A stretch of 64,000 nt of DNA from Okamejei kenojei (Eukaryota). Positions 15,001 through 29,495 of this stretch are shown here, piece by piece (position 1 is the first letter of the stretch; every line of letters starts with the position of its first letter). The notes beneath the pieces were generated by a model. That model was not told the origin of the DNA, ran no database searches, and worked only from the letters and a program-made list of their open reading frames with translations. Position numbers and translations under genes: made by a program. Location of the stretch: assembly GCA_035221665.1 (NCBI GenBank), contig CM069162.1, positions 25,606,001 to 25,670,000 of the forward strand, read 5' to 3'.

Positions 15001-18000
15001 TCAGAAACGCAGGAATCAATAAGAACGGAGCATTCAACACAAACCTTTGCAAGCACGACACAGAATTCTTCAGAGAGTGTGTCCGTTTCAGAACCACATT
15101 TCACAACGCAATTTTCAGGCACGACACATTCCTTATCGGAATCATATTCCACATCAGTGAAAGCTTCCTCAACAACAGAACCTTCATCAGAATCACATCC
15201 TACCAATAGCAGCATCCACAATTGCCACATCCTCTCTGGAAACAACTCCAAAAACCCAGCAATCTTCAAGAACTGAACTTTCATCACAATCCAATCCAAA
15301 CACAACCAATTATTCATCAGTCACCGAGTCCTCTTCAGAAACACATTTAACAACATCAAGCTTATCACAGCTAACTGAGTACTCAACAGAAACATACTCC
15401 ACATCGACACAGGTTTCATCAAAAACTGAATCACCCTCAGAAATCCATCAGACCACAGAAGTGCCTTCAAGCTCCTTGTCCTCATCAAAAACACATCCAA
15501 CAACATTACACGAATCATCATCAACAGAGCTTCCAACAACAGCATATCCAGCATTGACAACCGCTTCATCTGTTAGTGTGTCCCCATCTGAAACCCACCT
15601 AACAACAACACCACTATCATCGCCAACTCAGTCCTCAGCAGAGACCTATCCAACAACACAAACATCCACAAACAAACCTTCATCAGAAACACATCCAACA
15701 ACAGTGGAATCGTCAAGCACACAGCATACAACTCAAGCACATCAAAGCTCAACTGAAGTTTCATCAGTCACTGTGTCGCCAGTTGAATCCCACTCCACAA
15801 CCTCATCATTTTCATTGGTTACTGAATCCCCTTCAGAAACACGTTCAACATCTGCACAAGCATCAGTGACAACTGAAACTTCATCGGAATCCCATCCAAC
15901 TACAGAGGCATCACGAATCACAATGTCCTCTTCAGAAAGACAGCCGACAGCACATGAATCATCAAGTACAGAGCAGTCAACACAAACTCATGGAACAACA
16001 TCAGAAATTCCCTCAGAAAGTGCGTCATCATCAAAATCCCTCGCAACAGCAACAACGTCACCTTTGGTCACTGAGAGCTCAGCGGTAACTTATTCTCAAT
16101 CATCGCAAATCACATCCTCCAACAAATCTGCATAGTCTCACATCCAACGACAGAAGAATCATCGATCACCGTCTCCTCACCTGAAGCACATCAGACAAAT
16201 ACACAGGAACCTTTTACATCGACTTATCCAAAGACGACACAAGCTTCAACAGAACCTATTTTGACAACAGAAACACATTTAACAACACCAATCTCAAAGG
16301 AAACGGAGCCTCCATCAGTAACCTACCCACGCACAACAGAAGGCTTATCCACAAACAGAATTTTCCTCACCAACACCGAATGGTAGACAGGCATCAGCAA
16401 CCACATTGTCCACAGCTGAAACACGGTCAGAAACGCAGGAATCAATAAGAACGGAGCATTCAACACAAACCTTTGCAAGCACGACACAGAATTCTTCAGA
16501 GAGTGTGTCCGTTTCAGAACCACATTTCACAACGCAATTTTCAGGCACGACACATTCCTTATCGGAATCATATTCCACATCAGTGAAAGCTTCCTCAACA
16601 ACAGAACCTTCATCAGAATCACATCCTACAATAGCAGCATCCACAATTGCCACATCCTCTCTGGAAACAACTCCAAAAACCCAGCAATCTTCAAGAACTG
16701 AACTTTCATCACAATCCAATCCAAACACAACCAATTATTCATCAGTCACCGAGTCCTCTTCAGAAACACATTTAACAACATCAAGCTTATCACAGCTAAC
16801 TGAGTACTCAACAGAAACATACTCCACATCGACACAGGTTTCATCAAAAACTGAATCACCCTCAGAAATCCATCAGACCACAGAAGTGCCTTCAAGCTCC
16901 TTGTCCTCATCAAAAACACATCCAACAACATTACACGAATCATCATCATCAACAGAGCTTCCAACAACAGCATATCCAGCATTGACAACTGCTTCATCTG
17001 TTAGTGTGTCCCCATCTGAAACCCACCTAACAACAACACCACTATCATCGCCAACTCAGTCCTCAGCAGAGACCTATCCAACAACACAAACATCCACAAA
17101 CAAACCTTCATCAGAAACACATCCAACAACAGTGGAATCGTCAAGCACACAGCATACAACTCAAGCACATCAAAGCTCAACTGAAGTTTCATCAGTCACT
17201 GTGTCGCCAGTTGAATCCCACTCCACAACCTCATCATTTTCATTGTTACTGAATCCCCTTCAGAAACACGTTCAACGTCTGCACAAGCATCAGTGACAAC
17301 TGAAACTTCATCGGCAATCCCATCCAACTACAGAGGCATCACGAATCACAATGTCCTCTTCAGAAAGACAGCCGACAGCACATGAATCATCAAGTACAGT
17401 GCAGTCAACACAAACTCATGGAACAACATCAGAAATTCCCTCAGAAAGTGCGTCATCATCAAAATCCCTCGCAACAGCAACAACGTCACCTTTGGTCACT
17501 GAGAGCTCAGCGGTAACTTATTCTCAATCATCGCAAATCACATCCTCCAACAAATCTGCAATAGTCTCACATCCAACGACAGAAGAATCATCGATCACCG
17601 TCTCCTCACCTGAAGCACATCAGACAAATACACAGGAACCTTATACATCGACTTATCCAAAGACAACACAAGCTTCAACAGAAACTATTTTGACAACAGA
17701 AACACATTTAACAACACCAATCTCAAAGGAAACGGAGCCTCCATCAGTAACCTACCCACGCACAACAGAAGGCTTATCCACAACAGAATTTTCCTCACCA
17801 ACACCGAATGGTAGACAGGCATCAGCAACCACATTGTCCACAGCTGAAACACGGTCAGAAACGCAGGAATCAATAAGAACGGAGCATTCAACACAAACCT
17901 TTGCAAGCACGACACAGAATTCTTCAGAGAGTGTGTCCGTTTCAGAACCACATTTCACAACGCAATTTTCAGGCACGACACATTCCTTATCGGAATCATA

Positions 18001-21000
18001 TTCCACATCAGTGAAAGCTTCCTCAACAACAGAACCTTCATCAGAATCACATCCTACAATAGCAGCATCCACAATTGCCACATCCTCTCTGGAAACAACT
18101 CCAAAAACCCAGCAATCTTCAAGAACTGAACTTTCATCACAATCCAATCCAAACACAACCAATTATTCATCAGTCACCGAGTCCTCTTCAGAAACACATT
18201 TAACAACATCAAGTTTATCACAGCTAACTGAGTACTCAACAGAAACATACTCCACATCGACACAGGTTTCATCAAAAACTGAATCACCCTCAGAAATCCA
18301 TCAGACCACAGAAGTGCCTTCAAGCTCCTTGTCCTCATCAAAAACACATCCAACAACATTACACGAATCATCATCAACAGAGCTTCCAACAACAGCATAT
18401 CCAGCATTGACAACTGCTTCATCTGTTAGTGTGTCCCCATCTGAAACCCACCTAACAACAACACCACTATCATCGCCAACTCAGTCCTCAGCAGAGACCT
18501 ATCCAACAACACAAACATCCACAAACAAACCTTCATCAGAAACACATCCAACAACAGTGGAATCGTCAAGCACACAGCATACAACTCAAGCACATCAAAG
18601 CTCAACTGAAGTTTCATCAGTCACTGTGTCGCCAGTTGAATCCCACTCCACAACCTCATCATTTTCATTGATTACTGAATCCCCTTCAGAAACACGTTCA
18701 ACATCTGCACAAGCATCAGTGACAACTGAAACTTCATCGGCAATCCCATCCAACTACAGAGGCATCTCGAATCACAATGTCCTCTTCAGAAAGACAGCCG
18801 ACAGCACATGAATCATCAAGTACAGTGCAGTCAACACAAACTCATGGAACAACATCAGAAATTCCCTCAGAAAGTGCGTCATCATCAAAATCCCTCGCAA
18901 CAGCAACAACGTCACCTTTGGTCACTGAGAGCTCAGCGGTAACTTATTCTCAATCATCGCAAATCACATCCTCCAACAAATCTGCAATAGTCTCACATCC
19001 AACGACAGAAGAATCATCGATCACCGTCTCCTCACCTGAAGCACATCAGACAAATACACAGGAACCTTATACATCGACTTATCCAAAGACAACACAAGCT
19101 TCAACAGAAACTATTTTGACAACAGAAACACATTTAACAACACCAATCTCAAAGGAAACGGAGCCTCCATCAGTAACCTACCCACGCACAACAGAAGGCT
19201 TATCCACAACAGAATTTTCCTCACCAACACCGAATGGTAGACAGGCATCAGCAACCACATTGTCCACAGCTGAAACACGGTCAGAAACGCAGGAATCAAT
19301 AAGAACGGAGCATTCAACACAAACCTTTGCAAGCACGACACAGAATTCTTCAGAGAGTGTGTCCGTTTCAGAACCACATTTCACAACGCAATTTTCAGGC
19401 ACGACACATTCCTTATCGGAATCATATTCCACATCAGTGAAAGCTTCCTCAACAACAGAACCTTCATCAGAATCACATCCTACAATAGCAGCATCCACAA
19501 TTGCCACATCCTCTCTGGAAACAACTCCAAAATCCCAGCAATCTTCAAGAACTGAACTTTCATCACAATCCAATCCAAACACAACCAATTATTCATCAGT
19601 CACCGAGTCCTCTTCAGAAACACATTTAACAACATCAAGCTTATCACAGCTAACTGAGTCCTCAACAGAAACATACTCCACATCGACACAGGTTTCATCA
19701 AAAACTGAATCACCCTCAGAAATCCATCAGACCACAGAAGTGCCTTCAAGCTCCTTGTCCTCATCAAAAACACATCCAACAACATTACACGAATCATCAT
19801 CAACAGAGCTTCCAACAACAGCATATCCAGCATTGACAACCGCTTCATCTGTTAGTGTGTCCCCATCTGAAACCCACCTAACAACAACACCACTATCATC
19901 GCCAACTCAGTCCTCAGCAGAGACCTATCCAACAACACAAACATCCACAAACAAACCTTCATCAGAAACACATCCAACAACAGTGGAATCGTCAAGCACA
20001 CAGCATACAACTCAAGCACATCAAAGCTCAACTGAAGTTTCATCAGTCACTGTGTCGCCAGTTGAATCCCACTCCACAACCTCATCATTTTCATTGGTTA
20101 CTGAATCCCCTTCAGAAACACGTTCAACATCTGCACAAGCATCAGTGACAACTGAAACTTCATCGGAATCCCATCCAACTACAGAGGCATCACGAATCAC
20201 AATGTCCTCTTCAGAAAGACAGCCGACAGCACATGAATCATCAAGTACAGAGCAGTCAACACAAACTCATGGAACAACATCAGAAATTCCCTCAGAAAGT
20301 GCGTCATCATCAAAATCCCTCGCAACAGCAACAACGTCACCTTTGGTCACTGAGAGCTCAGCGGTAACTTATTCTCAATCATCGCAAATCACATCCTCCA
20401 ACAAATCTGCAGTAGTCTCACATCCAACGACAGAAGAATCATCGATCACCGTCTCCTCACCTGAAGCACATCAGACAAATACACAGGAACCTTTTACATC
20501 GACTTATCCAAAGACGACACAAGCTTCAACAGAACCTATTTTGACAACAGAAACACATTTAACAACACCAATCTCAAAGGAAACGGAGCCTCCATCAGTA
20601 ACCTACCCACGCACAACAGAAGGCTTATCCACAACAGAATTTTCCTCACCAACACCGAATGGTAGACAGGCATCAGCAACCACATTGTCCACAGCTGAAA
20701 CACGGTCAGAAACGCAGGAATCAATAAGAACGGAGCATTCAACACAAACCTTTGCAAGCACGACACAGAATTCTTCAGAGAGTGTGTCCGTTTCAGAACC
20801 ACATTTCACAACGCAATTTTCAGGCACGACACATTCCTTATCGGAATCATATTCCACATCAGTGAAAGCTTCCTCAACAACAGAACCTTCATCAGAATCA
20901 CATCCTACAATAGCAGCATCCACAATTGCCACATCCTCTCTGGAAACAACTCCAAAAAACCCAGCAATCTTCAAGAACTGAACTTTCATCACAATCCAAT

Positions 21001-24000
21001 CCAAACACAACCAATTATTCATCAGTCACCGAGTCCTCTTCAGAAACACATTTAACAACATCAAGTTTATCACAGCTAACTGAGTACTCAACAGAAACAT
21101 ACTCCACATCGACACAGGTTTCATCAAAAACTGAATCACCCTCAGAAATCCATCAGACCACAGAAGTGCCTTCAAGCTCCTTGTCCTCATCAAAAACACA
21201 TCCAACAACATTACACGAATCATCATCAACAGAGCTTCCAACAACAGCATATCCAGCATTGACAACCGCTTCATCTGTTAGTGTGTCCCCATCTGAAACC
21301 CACCTAACAACAACACCACTATCATCGCCAACTCAGTCCTCAGCAGAGACCTATCCAACAACACAAACATCCACAAACAAACCTTCATCAGAAACACATC
21401 CAACAACAGTGGAATCGTCAAGCACACAGCATACAACTCAAGCACATCAAAGCTCAACTGAAGTTTCATCAGTCACTGTGTCGCCAGTTGAATCCCACTC
21501 CACAACCTCATCATTTTCATTGGTTACTGAATCCCCTTCAGAAACACGTTCAACATCTGCACAAGCATCAGTGACAACTGAAACTTCATCGCAATCCCAT
21601 CCAACTACAGAGGCATCTCGAATCACAATGTCCTCTTCAGAAAGACAGCCGACAGCACATGAATCATCAAGTACAGAGCAGTCAACACAAACTCATGGAA
21701 CAACATCAGAAATTCCCTCAGAAAGTGCGTCATCATCAAAATCCCTCGCAACAGCAACAACGTCACCTTTGGTCACTGAGAGCTCAGCGGTAACTTATTC
21801 TCAATCATCGCAAATCACATCCTCCAACAAATCTGCAATAGTCTCACATCCAACGACAGAAGAATCATCGATCACCGTCTCCTCACCTGAAGCACATCAG
21901 ACAAATACACAGGAACCTTATACATCGACTTATCCAAAGACAACACAAGCTTCAACAGAACCTATTTTGACAACAGAAACACATTTAACAACACCAATCT
22001 CAAAGGAAACGGAGCCTCCATCAGTAACCTACCCACGCACAACAGAAGGCTTATCCACAAAAGAATTTTCCTCACCAACACCGAATGGTAGACAGGCATC
22101 AGCAACCACATTGTCCACAGCTGAAACACGGTCAGAAACGCAGGAATCAATAAGAACGGAGCATTCAACACAAACCTTTGCAAGCACGACACAGAATTCT
22201 TCAGAGAGTGTGTCCGTTTCAGAACCACATTTCACAACGCAATTTTCAGGCACGACACATTCCTTATCGGAATCATATTCCACATCAGTGAAAGCTTCCT
22301 CAACAACAGAACCTTCATCAGAATCTCATCCTACAATAGCAGCATCCACAATTGCCACATCCTCTCTGGAAACAACTCCAAAAACCCAGCAATCTTCAAG
22401 AACTGAACTTTCATCACAATCCAATCCAAACACAACCAATTATTCATCAGTCACCGAGTCCTCTTCAGAAACACATTTAACAACATCAAGCTTATCACAG
22501 CTAACTGAGTCCTCAACAGAAACATACTCCACATCGACACAGGTTTCATCAAAAACTGAATCACCCTCAGAAATTCCATCAGACCACAGAAGTGCCTTCA
22601 AGCTCCTTGTCCTCATCAAAAACACATCCAACAACATTACACGAATCATCATCAACAGAGCTTCCAACAACAGCATATCCAGCATTGACAACCGCTTCAT
22701 CTGTTAGTGTGTCCCCATCTGAAACCCACCTAACAACAACACCACTATCATCGCCAACTCAGTCCTCAGCAGAGACCTATCCAACAACACAAACATCCAC
22801 AAACAAACCTTCATCAGAAACACATCCAACAACAGTGGAATCGTCAAGCACACAGCATACAACTCAAGCACATCAAAGCTCAACTGAAGTTTCATCAGTC
22901 ACTGTGTCGCCAGTTGAATCCCACTCCACAACCTCATCATTTTCATTGGTTACTGAATCCCCTTCAGAAACACGTTCAACATCTGCACAAGCATCAGTGA
23001 CAACTGAAACTTCATCGGAATCCCATCCAACTACAGAGGCATCACGAATCACAATGTCCTCTTCAGAAAGACAGCCGACAGCACATGAATCATCAAGTAC
23101 AGAGCAGTCAACACAAACTCATGGAACAACATCAGAAATTCCCTCAGAAAGTGCGTCATCATCAAAATCCCTCGCAACAGCAACAACGTCACCTTTGGTC
23201 ACTGAGAGCTCAGCGGTAACTTATTCTCAATCATCGCAAATCACATCCTCCAACAAATCTGCAGTAGTCTCACATCCAACGACAGAAGAATCATCGATCA
23301 CCGTCTCCTCACCTGAAGCACATCAGACAAATACACAGGAACCTTTTACATCGACTTATCCAAAGACGACACAAGCTTCAACAGAACCTATTTTGACAAC
23401 AGAAACACATTTAACAACACCAATCTCAAAGGAAACGGAGCCTCCATCAGTAACCTACCCACGCACAACAGAAGGCTTATCCACAACAGAATTTTCCTCA
23501 CCAACACCGAATGGTAGACAGGCATCAGCAACCACATTGTCCACAGCTGAAACACGGTCAGAAACGCAGGAATCAATAAGAACGGAGCATTCAACACAAA
23601 CCTTTGCAAGCACGACACAGAATTCTTCAGAGAGTGTGTCCGTTTCAGAACCACATTTCACAACGCAATTTTCAGGCACGACACATTCCTCATCGGAATC
23701 ATATTCCACATCAGTGAAAGCTTCCTCAACAACAGAACCTTCATCACAATCACATCCTACCGATAGCAGCATCCACAATTGCCACATCCTCTCTGGAAAC
23801 AACTCCAAAAACCCAGCAATCTTCAAGAACTGAACTTTCATCACAATCCAATCCAAACACAACCAATTATTCATCAGTCACCGAGTCCTCTTCAGAAACA
23901 CATTTAACAACATCAAGCTTATCACAGCTAACTGAGTCCTCAACAGAAACATACTCCACATCGACACAGGTTTCATCAAAAACTGAATCACCCTCAGAAA

Positions 24001-27000
24001 TCCATCAGACCACAGAAGTGCCTTCAAGCTCCTTGTCCTCATCAAAAACACATCCAACAACATTACACGAATCATCATCAACAGAGCTTCCAACAACAGC
24101 ATATCCAGCATTGACAACCGCTTCATCTGTTAGTGTGTCCCCATCTGAAACCCACCTAACAACAACACCACTATCATCGCCAACTCAGTCCTCAGCAGAG
24201 ACCTATCCAACAACACAAACATCCACAAACAAACCTTCATCAGAAACACATCCAACAACAGTGGAATCGTCAAGCACACAGCATACAACTCAAGCACATC
24301 AAAGCTCAACTGAAGTTTCATCAGTCACTGTGTCGCCAGTTGAATCCCACTCCACAACCTCATCATTTTCATTGGTTACTGAATCCCCTTCAGAAACACG
24401 TTCAACATCTGCACAAGCATCAGTGACAACTGAAACTTCATCGCAATCCCATCCAACTACAGAGGCATCACGAATCACAATGTCCTCTTCAGAAAGACAG
24501 CCGACAGCACATGAATCATCAAGTACAGAGCAGTCAACACAAACTCATGGAACAACATCAGAAATTCCCTCAGAAAGTGCGTCATCATCAAAATCCCTCG
24601 CAACAGCAACAACGTCACCTTTGGTCACTGAGAGCTCAGCGGTAACTTATTCTCAATCATCGCAAATCACATCCTCCAACAAATCTGCAGTAGTCTCACA
24701 TCCAACGACAGAAGAATCATCGATCACCGTCTCCTCACCTGAAGCACATCAGACAAATACACAGGAACCTTATACATCGACTTATCCAAAGACAACACAA
24801 GCTTCAACAGAAACTATTTTGACAACAGAAACACATTTAACAACACCAATCTCAAAGGAAACGGAGCCTCCATCAGTAACCTACCCACGCACAACAGAAG
24901 GCTTATCCACAACAGAATTTTCCTCACCAACACCGAATGGTAGACAGGCATCAGCAACCACATTGTCCACAGCTGAAACACGGTCAGAAACGCAGGAATC
25001 AATAAGAACGGAGCATTCAACACAAACCTTTGCAAGCACGACACAGAATTCTTCAGAGAGTGTGTCCGTTTCAGAACCACATTTCACAACGCAATTTTCA
25101 GGCACGACACATTCCTTATCGGAATCATATTCCACATCAGTGAAAGCTTCCTCAACAACAGAACCTTCATCAGAATCACATCCTACAATAGCAGCATCCA
25201 CAATTGCCACATCCTCTCTGGAAACAACTCCAAAAACCCAGCAATCTTCAAGAACTGAACTTTCATCACAATCCAATCCAAACACAACCAATTATTCATC
25301 AGTCACCGAGTCCTCTTCAGAAACACATTTAACAACATCAAGCTTATCACAGCCAACTGAGTCCTCAACAGAAACATACTCCACATCGACACAGGTTTCA
25401 TCAAAAACTGAATCACCCTCAGAAATCCATCAGACCACAGAAGTGCCTTCAAGCTCCTTGTCCTCATCAAAAACACATCCAACAACATTACACGAATCAT
25501 CATCAACAGAGCTTCCAACAACAGCATATCCAGCATTGACAACCGCTTCATCTGTTAGTGTGTCCCCATCTGAAACCCACCTAACAACAACACCACTATC
25601 ATCGCCAACTCAGTCCTCAGCAGAGACCTATCCAACAACACAAACATCCACAAACAAACCTTCATCAGAAAACACATCCAACAACAGTGGAATCGTCAAG
25701 CACACAGCATACAACTCAAGCACATCAAAGCTCAACTGAAGTTTCATCAGTCACTGTGTCGCCAGTTGAATCCCACTCCACAACCTCATCATTTTCATTG
25801 GTTACTGAATCCCCTTCAGAAACACGTTCAACATCTGCACAAGCATCAGTGACAACTGAAACTTCATCGCAATCCCATCCAACTACAGAGGCATCTCGAA
25901 TCACAATGTCCTCTTCAGAAAGACAGCCGACAGCACATGAATCATCAAGTACAGAGCAGTCAACACAAACTCATGGAACAACATCAGAAATTCCCTCAGA
26001 AAGTGCGTCATCATCAAAATCCCTCGCAACAGCAACAATGTCACCTTTGGTCACTGAGAGCTCAGCGGTAACTTATTCTCAATCATCGCAAATCACATCC
26101 TCCAACAAATCTGCAATAGTCTCACATCCAACGACAGAAGAATCATCGATCACCGTCTCCTCACCTGAAGCACATCAGACAAATACACAGGAACCTTATA
26201 CATCGACTTATCCAAAGACAACACAAGCTTCAACAGAAACCTATTTTGACAACAGAAACACATTTAACAACACCAATCTCAAAGGAAACGGAGCCTCCAT
26301 CAGTAACCTACCCACGCACAACAGAAGGCTTATCCACAAACAGAATTTTCCTCACCAACACCGAATGGTAGACAGGCATCAGCAACCACATTGTCCACAG
26401 CTGAAACACGGTCAGAAACGCAGGAATCAATAAGAACGGAGCATTCAACACAAACCTTTGCAAGCACGACACAGAATTCTTCAGAGAGTGTGTCCGTTTC
26501 AGAACCACATTTCACAACGCAATTTTCAGGCACGACACATTCCTCATCGGAATCATATTCCACATCAGTGAAAGCTTCCTCAACAACAGAACCTTCATCA
26601 GAATCTCATCCTACAATAGCAGCATCCACAATTGCCACATCCTCTCTGGAAACAACTCCAAAAACCCAGCAATCTTCAAGAACTGAACTTTCATCACAAT
26701 CCAATCCAAACACAACCAATTATTCATCAGTCACCGAGTCCTCTTCAGAAACACATTTAACAACATCAAGTTTATCACAGCTAACTGAGTCCTCAACAGA
26801 AACATACTCCACATCGACACAGGTTTCATCAAAAACTGAATCACCCTCAGAAATCCATCAGACCACAGAAGTGCCTTCAAGCTCCTTGTCCTCATCAAAA
26901 ACACATCCAACAACATTACACGAATCATCATCAACAGAGCTTCCAACAACAGCATATCCAGCATTGACAACCGCTTCATCTGTTAGTGTGTCCCCATCTG

Positions 27001-29495
27001 AAACCCACCTAACAACAACACCACTATCATCGCCAACTCAGTCCTCAGCAGAGACCTATCCAACAACACAAACATCCACAAACAAACCTTCATCAGAAAC
27101 ACATCCAACAACAGTGGAATCGTCAAGCACACAGCATACAACTCAAGCACATCAAAGCTCAACTGAAGTTTCATCAGTCACTGTGTCGCCAGTTGAATCC
27201 CACTCCACAACCTCATCATTTTCATTGGTTACTGGAATCCCCTTCAGAAACACGTTCAACATCTGCACAAGCATCAGTGACAACTGAAACTTCATCGGAA
27301 TCCCATCCAACTACAGAGGCATCACGAATCACAATGTCCTCTTCAGAAAGACAGCCGACAGCACATGAATCATCAAGTACAGAGCAGTCAACACAAACTC
27401 ATGGAACAACATCAGAAATTCCCTCAGAAAGTGCGTCATCATCAAAATCCCCTCGCAACAGCAACAACGTCACCTTTGGTCACTGAGAGCTCAGCGGTAA
27501 CTTATTCTCAATCATCGCAAATCACATCCTCCAACAAATCTGCAATAGTCTCACATCCAACGACAGAAGAATCATCGATCACCGTCTCCTCACCTGAAGC
27601 ACATCAGACAAATACACAGGAACCTTATACATCGACTTATCCAAAGACAACACAAGCTTCAACAGAAACTATTTTGACAACAGAAACACATTTAACAACA
27701 CCAATCTCAAAGGAAAACGGAGCCTCCATCAGTAACCTACCCACGCACAACAGAAGGCTTATCCACAAAAGAATTTTCCTCACCAACACCGAATGGTAGA
27801 CAGGCATCAGCAACCACATTGTCCACAGCTGAAACACGGTCAGAAACGCAGGAATCAATAAGAACGGAGCATTCAACACAAACCTTTGCAAGCACGACAC
27901 AGAATTCTTCAGAGAGTGTGTCCGTTTCAGAACCACATTTCACAACGCAATTTTCAGGCACGACACATTCCTCATCGGAATCATATTCCACATCAGTGAA
28001 AGCTTCCTCAACAACAGAACCTTCATCACAATCACATCCTACCGAAGCAGCATCCACAATTGCCACATCCTCTCTGGAAACAACTCCAAAAACCCAGCAA
28101 TCTTCAAGAACTGAACTTTCATCACAATCCAATCCAAACACAACCAATTATTCATCAGTCACCGAGTCCTCTTCAGAAACACATTTAACAACATCAAGTT
28201 TATCACAGCTAACTGAGTCCTCAACAGAAACATACTCCACATCGACACAGGTTTCATCAAAAACTGAATCACCCTCAGAAATCCATCAGACCACAGAAGT
28301 GCCTTCAAGCTCCTTGTCCTCATCAAAAACACATCCAACAACATTACACGAATCATCATCAACAGAGCTTCCAACAACAGCATATCCAGCATTGACAACC
28401 GCTTCATCTGTTAGTGTGTCCCCATCTGAAACCCACCTAACAATAACACCACTATCATCGCCAACTCAGTCCTCAGCAGAGACCTATCCAACAACACAAA
28501 CATCCACAAACAAACCTTCATCAGAAACACATCCAACAACAGTGGAATCGTCAAGCACACAGCATATAACTCAAGCACATCAAAGCTCAACTGAAGTTTC
28601 ATCAGTCACTGTGTCGCCAGTTGAATCCCACTCCACAACCTCATCATTTTCATTGGTTACTGAATCCCCTTCAGAAACACGTTCAACATCTGCACAAGCA
28701 TCAGTGACAACTGAAACTTCATCGGAATCCCATCCAACTACAGAGGCATCACGAATCACAATGTCCTCTTCAGAAAGACAGCCGACAACACATGAATCAT
28801 CAAGCACAGAACAGTCAACACAAACGCATGGAACAACATCAGAAATTCCCTCAGAAAGTGCGTCCTCATCAAAAACCCTCACAACAGCAACAACGTCACC
28901 TTTGGTCACTGAGAGCTCAGCGGTAACTTATTCTCAATCATCGCAAATCACATCCTCCAACAAATCTGCAATAGTCTCACATCCAACGACAGAAGAATCA
29001 TCGATCACCGTCTCCTCACCTGAAGCACATCAGACAAATACACAGGAACCTTATACATCGACATATCCAAAGACAACACAAGCTTCAACAGAAACTATTT
29101 TGACAACAGAAACACATTTAACAACACCAATCTCAAAGGAAACGGAGCCTCCATCAGTAACCTACCCACGCACAACAGAAGGCTTATCCACAACAGAATT
29201 TTCCTCACCAACACCGAATGGTAGACAGGCATCAGCAACCACATTGTCCACAGCTGAAACACGGTCAGAAACGCAGGAATCAATAACAACGGAGCATTCA
29301 ACACAAACCTTTGCAAGCACGACACAGAATTCTTCAGAAAGTGTGTCCGTTTCAGAACCACATTTCACAACGCAATTTTCTGTCACGGAACATTCCTCAT
29401 CGGAATCATATTCCACATCAGTGAAAGCTTCCTCAACAACAGAACCTTCATCACAATCACATCCTACCGAAGCAGCATCCACAGTTGCCACATCC
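1..29495 (+). repeat. Coding tandem array, unit about 1425 bp / 475 aa, about 20.7 near-identical copies, continuing upstream of the window
   Basis: The marker gtggaatcgtcaagcacacagc recurs at about 5, 1430, 2857, 4288, 5717, 7144, 8572, 9998, 11425, 12851, 14278, 15704, 17132, 18557, 19983, 21409, 22835, 24261, 25687, 27114 and 28542. Confidence 0.98.

Noticed and set aside
1-27800. Programmed frameshifting or phase variation in the mucin
   Set aside because: The indels are inconsistent between units and coincide with homopolymers or polymorphic sites. Sequencing or consensus error is simpler.
1-29495. Array as CRISPR, satellite or bacterial/fungal adhesin
   Set aside because: There is no repeat-spacer structure, the unit is a multiple of 3, and it splices to vertebrate EGF/SEA/TM exons.
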